Notes under the pieces: model-generated
Database searches by the model: none
Told to the model about the DNA's origin: nothing
The model's input: the letters and a program-made list of their open reading frames with translations, nothing else
Translations under genes and position numbers: made by a program
DNA from: Acidobacteriota bacterium
Lineage (GTDB): Bacteria; Acidobacteriota; UBA6911; JACQSX01
Direction of reading: 5' to 3'
DNA: 17,790 nt
Assembly: GCA_036507075.1 (NCBI GenBank)
Contig: DASXQR010000054.1
Coordinates: 1 to 17,790 of the forward strand
In this document: positions 1 to 5,544 of the stretch, piece after piece
How the letters are laid out: every line of letters begins with the position of its first letter
How positions within the stretch are numbered: position 1 is the stretch's first letter

Positions 1-235
1 TTGCGCCCCGTTCGGTATGCGGACCTTACCGCCCGACTTCGGTGATGCGGTCGCCCGTGACAACTACGGTCTGATTCGGCTTGAGGGCGCGCCTGGAATC
101 TCTCGCCGCAACGTCTATGATTGTGACGTGTGTAAACGCAAGAACCTTCGGTTGAGAACTTTCCTTCTGTTGAGTAAACACTAAAGGTGGAGAGAGCAAC
201 AGGAGCAGTATCAGCGTAGGAAGTTCTTTTCTCAT
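1..235 (-). pseudogene. Secreted amidohydrolase-family protein, N-terminal part, frameshifted near 29-34 and running off the window edge
   Basis: ATG at 235 gives a signal peptide (MRKELPTLILLLLLSPPLVFTQ) then the typical amidohydrolase first strands 'LAFTHVTIIDV...NQTVVVTGDRITEVG'. That frame stops at 26-28, but the adjacent frame (30->1) reads GKVRIPNGAQ, the expected continuation. Confidence 0.7.
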
Positions 236-255
236 AAGTGACTCATCAATAAGAT

Positions 256-345
256 GCCTAACGCCCAGCATCAGCCGCGCGCCAGGGAACGTATCAATTT
301 AAGGGAATCGCCGTGGCGCGTCGGCTGAATGCCATAGTGTTGCCG
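256..345 (-). mobile_element. Integron attC-like recombination site (R'' side degenerate)
   Basis: Minus strand reads CGGCAAC-ACTATG-GCATTCAGCCGACGCGCC...GGCGCGCGGCTGATGC-TGGGC-GTTAGGC. The R' core is a perfect GTTRRRY, the two arms pair with two unpaired bases, length is 90 bp, and an ORF starts 20 nt downstream. Confidence 0.65.
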
Positions 346-465
346 CTCTCTTCATTCCCTGCATGAATTCAGTTTATCAGGTCGGCGCCGAGCTGAAGAC
401 AAAGAACAAGCAGAGACTGACGGCTTCGACCTGCGGCCTCGGATAAATTTTGGGTGACGTTGGCG

Positions 466-560
466 GTTTGTCCCCCGGCCTGGGAAGGCCGGGGCTGAAA
501 CCCCTTCGGGGAAAGGCCGCTGGAAGCGGCCTCAGAGACGGGCCATCAGGTTGTCTCACC
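466..560. repeat. Cluster of short GC-rich palindromes (REP-like)
   Basis: CCCCGGCC-tgggaa-GGCCGGGG (473-494), CCC-ttcg-GGG (502-511), AGGCCGC-tggaa-GCGGCCT (514-532), and GAGACGGGCCATCAGGTTGTCTC (535-557), which resembles the palindrome at 17361-17382. Confidence 0.55.
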
Positions 561-607
561 ACATTGCGCCACATAAAAGCCTGGGCCATCAGAGCGCTAA
601 GAGTGAA

Positions 608-655
608 TTCACAACTTTTTGACAACTTTTTACGTGCCCTTGACACGGCTTGACA
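608..655 (+). promoter_or_regulatory. Phased direct repeats, a probable OmpR/PhoB-type binding array in the promoter of the two-component operon
   Basis: ACAACTTTTT at 611-620 and 622-631 (11-bp period). TTCACA 608, TTGACA 619, TTTACG 629, TTGACA 640, TTGACA 650. Confidence 0.5.
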
Positions 656-717
656 TGCGCCGGTGTATGCTTTCGTCGCATACATCGCATACTCAAAGGG
701 CTCCGGGGAGGCAGGAG

Positions 718-2430
718 ATGAGGTCGAAACGAAAAAAGTTTTGGAGCGGCAATCGCTTCCGGCTTATGCTCACGCTGGAACTGGCCGTGATGCTGCCGGC
801 CGCGGCGCTCATATTTGCCAATTACCACCACTTGAAATCCATCGAGCGCGACAAGGTGCTGGAAGGCGCCATCCATCGCGACTTCCACGAGATGCTCGCC
901 ATCGCCGAGAAGAAAATCAACCGAAAGATTTACGCGATGACCGAAGAGGCAAGGGATCTCTTTCCGTCACCGGATACCGACACGGAGTTGGAGAAAGAAA
1001 AGAAGCTTGACCTGATCTTGTCAAAGTTCCCCTGGATGGCGCATGCATACCTCTTCGACCGCGAAAAGGGCCTCCTGTTTCGTTCCCAGGCGCAGCAGAT
1101 GGGCGACGAGAACTTCCGTCACGAGCATGAGTACCTGGCGAAAATGCTCGAGGGGTGGCTGGGCATGGAAGCCAAAATGCTGGTGGAAGGGATGCACAAG
1201 AAGAACCGGCCCATCATGTGCTACGGCGATCAGGTAAAGCGGGCCGGCGGTTATGCCTACATGACGAATGCCTTCTTTTATTTGCCGGCGCTTCCCAAGG
1301 ACCGGGTCGTGTTGGCCGGGGTTTGCTTTGACCCCATTTACCTGAAACAGACCCTCTTCCCGGGAATCCTGAATGAGTTGATTGCCCGCAAGACTACCGA
1401 GCAAGGTGGAAACCGGCTTGCCATGGTGGTCTATCCAACCAACTTTGAGGGAGAGCCGGCGGGAAAGCTGCTGGCCGCTTCGGCCGGGTGGCGCGAAGGG
1501 AAGCCTGAAGTCTCGCGCAACCTGGACGAAGTCTTCCGAGGATTGGCTCTGGGCATCAAGTTCCAGGGCACCAGCGTGGAGGCGCTCGGCCGGAGCTGGG
1601 TCCGGCACAGTTTTCTCATCCTCGGGGTTCTCTCCCTGCTGCTGGTGGGTGGCCTGGCGCTCACGTACCGCAGCGTCAGCAAGGAAATGGCGCTGGCCCG
1701 GCTGAAGTCCGACTTTGTTTCCAACGTGTCGCACGAGCTGCGCACGCCGCTGGCACTGATCCGGTTGTACGCTGAGACACTCGAGCTTGGGCGTATCAAA
1801 GGCCAGGACAAAGTGGACGAGTATTATCGCATCATTCGCAAAGAAAGCGAGCGGCTGACCGCGCTGATCAACAACATTCTCGATTTCTCCCGCATTGAGG
1901 CGGGACGCGCGGAGTACGACTTCCGTGAGACTGATATCGCGGAACTGGTGCGCAACACGCTCGACACCTATCGCTATCAGATCGAGCAGCAGGGTTTCGC
2001 ATTCGAGCAAAGCATCGAGTCAAACCTCCCAGCGGTGCGTGTGGACCGTGAAGCCATCGCGCGCGCTCTCGTCAATCTGGTCAACAACTCTCTGAAATAC
2101 TCGGCTGACGAGAAGTTCCTCAGCGTCAGACTGTACCGGTCAAACGGCGTTTTGAAGCTTGAGGTAGTCGATCGCGGCATCGGGATCCCGCGCCGCGAGC
2201 AGTCGAAGATCTTCGAAAAGTTCTACCGGACAGGCGACCCGCTGGTGCACAACACGAAGGGAAGCGGCCTGGGCCTTTCGCTGGTCCGCCACATCACTCA
2301 CGCGCATGGAGGGGAAGTAGAGGTTGAAAGCACCCCGGGGAAAGGCAGCAAGTTCACGCTGCTGCTGCCGGTGGCAGCGGCCGCGCAGCCGCGGGCGAAC
2401 GGCGCAGCATCAGGGGAGATGGAATCATGA
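718..2430 (+). CDS. Membrane-bound sensor histidine kinase (two TM segments, extracytoplasmic domain, HisKA + HATPase_c)
   Basis: H-box FVSNVSHELRTPL, N-box ALVNLVNNSLKYS, G1 DRGIGI, F-box IFEKFYR, G2 GSGLGLS, and two hydrophobic segments. ATG 718 follows a purine-rich GGGGAGGCAGGAG and is preferred to TTG 619. Confidence 0.95.
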   Translation: MRSKRKKFWSGNRFRLMLTLELAVMLPAAALIFANYHHLKSIERDKVLEGAIHRDFHEMLAIAEKKINRKIYAMTEEARDLFPSPDTDTELEKEKKLDLILSKFPWMAHAYLFDREKGLLFRSQAQQMGDENFRHEHEYLAKMLEGWLGMEAKMLVEGMHKKNRPIMCYGDQVKRAGGYAYMTNAFFYLPALPKDRVVLAGVCFDPIYLKQTLFPGILNELIARKTTEQGGNRLAMVVYPTNFEGEPAGKLLAASAGWREGKPEVSRNLDEVFRGLALGIKFQGTSVEALGRSWVRHSFLILGVLSLLLVGGLALTYRSVSKEMALARLKSDFVSNVSHELRTPLALIRLYAETLELGRIKGQDKVDEYYRIIRKESERLTALINNILDFSRIEAGRAEYDFRETDIAELVRNTLDTYRYQIEQQGFAFEQSIESNLPAVRVDREAIARALVNLVNNSLKYSADEKFLSVRLYRSNGVLKLEVVDRGIGIPRREQSKIFEKFYRTGDPLVHNTKGSGLGLSLVRHITHAHGGEVEVESTPGKGSKFTLLLPVAAAAQPRANGAASGEMES

Positions 2431-3218
2431 AGACCAGGATGAATTTCAACGGGAGGCCAAAAGACCGCGCGACCGAGGCCCTGTCGGGCATTGCCAAGAC
2501 TGCGCATAAGGGCAAGGCGGAAGAGGGCCCGAGCAGGCCAACCCGTATTTTGATCGTTGAGGACGAACCCGCAATGGTGGCCGGACTGCGCGATAATTTT
2601 GAGTACGAAGGCTACGACGTGATCAGCGCCGGGGACGGAGTGGCAGGCCTCGAGCGCGCCCTCTCGGACGATCCCGATCTCGTTGTGTTGGACGTGATGA
2701 TGCCGCGAATGAGTGGGATTGACCTTTGCAAGCAGTTGAAGATCAAACGGCCGTCGGTGCCCATCATCATGCTGACTGCACGCGGCCAGGAGATCGACAA
2801 GGTTGTGGGCCTGGAGTTGGGCGCCGATGATTACGTTACCAAGCCGTTCTCCGTCCGCGAATTGATGGCCCGGGTGAAAGCGGTGCTGCGGCGGGTCTCG
2901 CCGCAGGCGCGCGCGCCAGAGGTTTATCGATTCAGCGACGTCGAAGTCAACATTCGAAGCCATGAGGTGCAGCGCGCCGGCTCACCCGTCGAGCTCTCGG
3001 CCAAGGAGTTTGCGCTGCTGGCTTACTTCATCTCCCATCCTGCGGAAACGCTGAGCCGCGACCGCCTGCTGGACGCGGTGTGGGGCTATGAGAACTACCC
3101 CAACACGCGCACGGTTGACACCCACATCCTTCACCTCAGGCAGAAGCTGGAAGCGAATCCCGAGGAGCCGAGGTTTATTTTGACGGTCCACGGCAGTGGC
3201 TACAAGTTCGTCGGATGA
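2427..3218 (+). CDS. OmpR/PhoB-family response regulator (REC + winged helix)
   Basis: RILIVEDE, LVVLDVMMP, IIMLTA, GADDYVTKPF, RTVDTHILHLRQKLE, ILTVHGSGYKF. ATGA overlap with the kinase stop codon. Confidence 0.96.
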   Translation: MKTRMNFNGRPKDRATEALSGIAKTAHKGKAEEGPSRPTRILIVEDEPAMVAGLRDNFEYEGYDVISAGDGVAGLERALSDDPDLVVLDVMMPRMSGIDLCKQLKIKRPSVPIIMLTARGQEIDKVVGLELGADDYVTKPFSVRELMARVKAVLRRVSPQARAPEVYRFSDVEVNIRSHEVQRAGSPVELSAKEFALLAYFISHPAETLSRDRLLDAVWGYENYPNTRTVDTHILHLRQKLEANPEEPRFILTVHGSGYKFVG

Positions 3219-4108
3219 GGCCGGCATTTATGAATCAATCAGGATTCAATAGCGGATTGGCGACAGAGCGTGCAATCGATATTCAGGGTGCGGCGCCGCC
3301 GCGCCGGAATTCAGGTAATCGGGAACGCCAGCGGGAGTTGGAGCTGAAGCTCGCGGCGCTTCAGAAGGATTACGCCGATCTGCACACCGCACTCTTCGAA
3401 GCTGCGCAGGTATATCGGCGTCTGTGCGCCCCGCGTCTGGTCCGGCACGACGACTTCGAGATTGCCAGCGAAATTTTCGCCGGTCGCTACTTGCCCGGTG
3501 ATTTTTTCACAGTCGAAGCGGCGGATGGCGTTGCGATCCTTGCCCTGGGTGACATCTGCGGCAAAGGTCTGGCAGCCGGTATGTGGACCACGCATCTGGC
3601 GGGGCTGGTTGGCACGCATACAGCCGCCGGCTCTGAGCCGCAGGCGATCGTTGCCGGCGTGAACCGTGATCTCTGCCGCATGTCTTTTGTGGCCCCGCTG
3701 GTCAGCTTGTTCCTGGCAAGGCTCGATCCGGCCACCGGAAGGCTCGACTACTCCAATGCCGGACATCCGTCTCCGTTGCTGTTGCGCGCGGACGGACGGC
3801 TGGAATCGCTTTCCGACGGTGGACCGCTGCTCGGCGCCATCCCGGGGGCTTCCTTTGCCGGCGGATCCGTGCTGCTGGGTGCCGGCGACGTACTGCTGGC
3901 TTGCTCCGACGGCATTCTCGAGTCGCGCAATGGCGCAGATCAGGAGTTCGGCTGGGAGCGCCTTGAAGCGCAACTGCGCAGCGCACAAACGGGCTCTGCC
4001 GAGGCAGTGCTGTTTTCGGTGTTGGGCGCCGTTCAGGATTTCGCCGCCGCGCGCCCGCTGGCCGACGACATGACTCTCGTCATCGTACGTCGTCGCGCGG
4101 GTTTTTGA
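3215..4108 (+). CDS. PP2C/SpoIIE (RsbU-like) serine phosphatase with an N-terminal coiled-coil-like segment
   Basis: Motifs PGDFF, ALGDICGKGLAA, YSNAGHPSP, GDVLLACSDGILE, DDMTLV. ATGA overlap with the regulator stop; alternative ATG at 3230. Confidence 0.92.
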   Translation: MRPAFMNQSGFNSGLATERAIDIQGAAPPRRNSGNRERQRELELKLAALQKDYADLHTALFEAAQVYRRLCAPRLVRHDDFEIASEIFAGRYLPGDFFTVEAADGVAILALGDICGKGLAAGMWTTHLAGLVGTHTAAGSEPQAIVAGVNRDLCRMSFVAPLVSLFLARLDPATGRLDYSNAGHPSPLLLRADGRLESLSDGGPLLGAIPGASFAGGSVLLGAGDVLLACSDGILESRNGADQEFGWERLEAQLRSAQTGSAEAVLFSVLGAVQDFAAARPLADDMTLVIVRRRAGF

Positions 4109-4147
4109 CTTGGATTAGATCAAGCAATCAACCAAAGGGAATGAACT

Positions 4148-4324
4148 ATGAAAGAACGAATTCCGCTATCCCTCGCTGGTAAGTTGAGTGTCGTCGGTTT
4201 GATTGTTGCAGCCGTCGGTATATTGCCTCCGCTCGCGCTGCAGGCGTTGCCGCTCGGCGACCCCTTGTCGGGTCCATCCTTGTGCTGGTCGTGGCTGGCG
4301 TTGGTGATGCTGGTCATCCTGTGA
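4148..4324 (+). CDS. Small hydrophobic protein (58 aa), or remnant of a membrane-protein gene
   Basis: Read by hand, below the ORF-track cut-off: MKERIPLSLAGKLSVVGLIVAAVGILPPLALQALPLGDPLSGPSLCWSWLALVMLVIL*. AAAGGGAA lies just upstream. Confidence 0.45.
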   Translation: MKERIPLSLAGKLSVVGLIVAAVGILPPLALQALPLGDPLSGPSLCWSWLALVMLVIL

Positions 4325-4355
4325 ATTGACCATCTAAATAGCTCATTATCTAGCT

Positions 4356-4556
4356 ATGAAGATAGCCAATATTGCCGAGCTGAAAAACCGCTTGAGCGAA
4401 TTTCTTTCTTTCGTCGAGAAGGGCGAAGAAATTGAAGTTCGCAAGCGAAATGTCCCCATTGCCCGCGTGGTTCCAGTCGCGGGTAATCGGCCAAACAAGA
4501 CCCGGCTCGCCTTGAACGGTAAGTCCATAGTCACAAATGGATTACGCTCTCCTTAA
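4356..4556 (+). CDS. Phd/YefM-family antitoxin, orphan and probably C-terminally truncated
   Basis: MKIANIAELKNRLSEFLSFVEKGEEIEVRKRNVPIARVVP is a classic Phd/YefM N-terminus. No toxin ORF follows. TTGACC at 4326 and TAGCT repeats (4339, 4351) lie immediately upstream. Confidence 0.82.
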   Translation: MKIANIAELKNRLSEFLSFVEKGEEIEVRKRNVPIARVVPVAGNRPNKTRLALNGKSIVTNGLRSP

Positions 4557-4647
4557 AAACCCAAAGGTCGTCGCAGAACGCGGCGAACAGATTTACCGGG
4601 AAAAGTATCAGCAGGAATACGCCGCTTACGGTCACGCCTTCTCATAA
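4537..4647 (+). pseudogene. N-terminal fragment of a small protein (DUF5678-like, by recall)
   Basis: MDYALLKNPKVVAERGEQIYREKYQQEY then unrelated sequence to TAA. From memory this resembles 'AERGExIY...Y...PGKFVAID' small proteins; not verified by search. Confidence 0.4.
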
Positions 4648-4931
4648 CAATTATGACCTTGGTATCTACCCTTCCCAGACGATCGGATTCAGAGTTCAGC
4701 CGCGGCTAGTCTTCCCGGCGGCCTATTGTTCAATGAAACGGCGAGAAACGCACAGGGAATTAAATCCGGTCGTCCGTCTCAAGCTCAACATCGAGATTTG
4801 GATGGTTTTTGCTCTTCCTCCCTCCGGTTGCGGAACTGACCGAAGTGGTTGAAGCGGCTCAGCCGCCGGGGGTAGTATGCGAAAATGGTCACACGAATCA
4901 GACACTTAAATTGAAGGGAAGGAAGGTCGTC

Positions 4932-5324
4932 ATGGATAAAGTGGTGCATTTTGAGATCCCGGTTGATGATTTGGCGCGCGCCAAAAAGTTTTACGGTTCC
5001 ATATTTGGCTGGAACCTCCAGGACATGCCCATGCCGGGAGGAACGAATTACACCATGGCAACTACAGTTCCGGTAAACGAGCAACATGTGCCGAAGGAAC
5101 CTGGAGCTATCAATGGCGGGATAGTGCAGCGCAGCGGCGATGTGCGATCTTCCGTTATCGTCATCAACGTCGGCTCAATTGACCAGTACTCAAAGAAAAT
5201 CACGGCCGCAGGCGGGAAAGTGGTCAAGCCGAAGGCGGATGTCGGAGGCATGGGTTTTTACGCCTACGTTGCAGACTCTGAAGGCAATGTCATTGGCTTG
5301 TGGGAAGACTTGAAAAAGGGGTAG
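4932..5324 (+). CDS. VOC (glyoxalase/bleomycin resistance) family protein
   Basis: MDKVVHFEIPVDDLARAKKFYGSIFGW...PGAINGG...AAGGKVV...GFYAYVADSEGNVIGLWE. RBS-like GGAAGGAAGG precedes ATG 4932. Confidence 0.93.
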   Translation: MDKVVHFEIPVDDLARAKKFYGSIFGWNLQDMPMPGGTNYTMATTVPVNEQHVPKEPGAINGGIVQRSGDVRSSVIVINVGSIDQYSKKITAAGGKVVKPKADVGGMGFYAYVADSEGNVIGLWEDLKKG

Positions 5325-5343
5325 CGCTTAATTCCATCCGAAT

Positions 5344-5450
5344 AAAGTCGAAAGTCGAAAGTCGAAAGTCCAAAGTTGAAAGGGGGCTCGATTGTGAGGC
5401 TTGCCGGTTAGGTGGTTTAGCTCGACTTTCGACGTTCGCGACTCGCGCCT
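5344..5450. repeat. Heptamer tandem repeat (AAAGTCG)n with a degenerate inverted arm
   Basis: AAAGTCG x3, AAAGTCC, AAAGTTG, AAAG at 5344-5382; CGACTTT CGACGTT CGCGACT CGCGCCT at 5423-5450. Confidence 0.85.
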
Positions 5451-5526
5451 GATAGTTTTTGAAATTCCGTGCAGTTCTTCGCCAGAAGAAATCGTTGAGC
5501 CTTTCTGAGATTTGCTGCAGAAGGAC

Positions 5527-5532
5527 TATAAT
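5527..5532 (+). promoter_or_regulatory. Sigma70-type -10 box for the kinase gene
   Basis: Perfect TATAAT ending 12 nt before ATG 5545, with no Shine-Dalgarno between them. The -35 is weak. Confidence 0.5.
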
Positions 5533-5544
5533 CCCCGGTATTCA

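Noticed and set aside
466..560. Known riboswitch or tRNA
   Set aside because: I recognise no conserved aptamer or cloverleaf motif; kept only as a REP-like or unknown structure.
377..685. ORFs 377-685 (-) and 450-653 (+) as a cassette gene or leader peptide
   Set aside because: They run through palindromes and promoter repeats and give low-complexity, motif-free translations.
1021..2010. 329-aa minus-strand ORF (also 2298-2963, 3311-3988, 9990-10781)
   Set aside because: Antisense shadows of well-supported genes in high-GC DNA with no recognisable motifs.
4650..4930. Toxin gene for the Phd antitoxin, or N-terminal extension of the VOC protein from 4809
   Set aside because: No PIN, RelE or Doc motif in the frames I read, and the VOC domain starts cleanly at ATG 4932 after an RBS.
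5344..5382. Repeat array as CRISPR
   Set aside because: The 7-nt units are contiguous with no spacers, and no cas genes are present.
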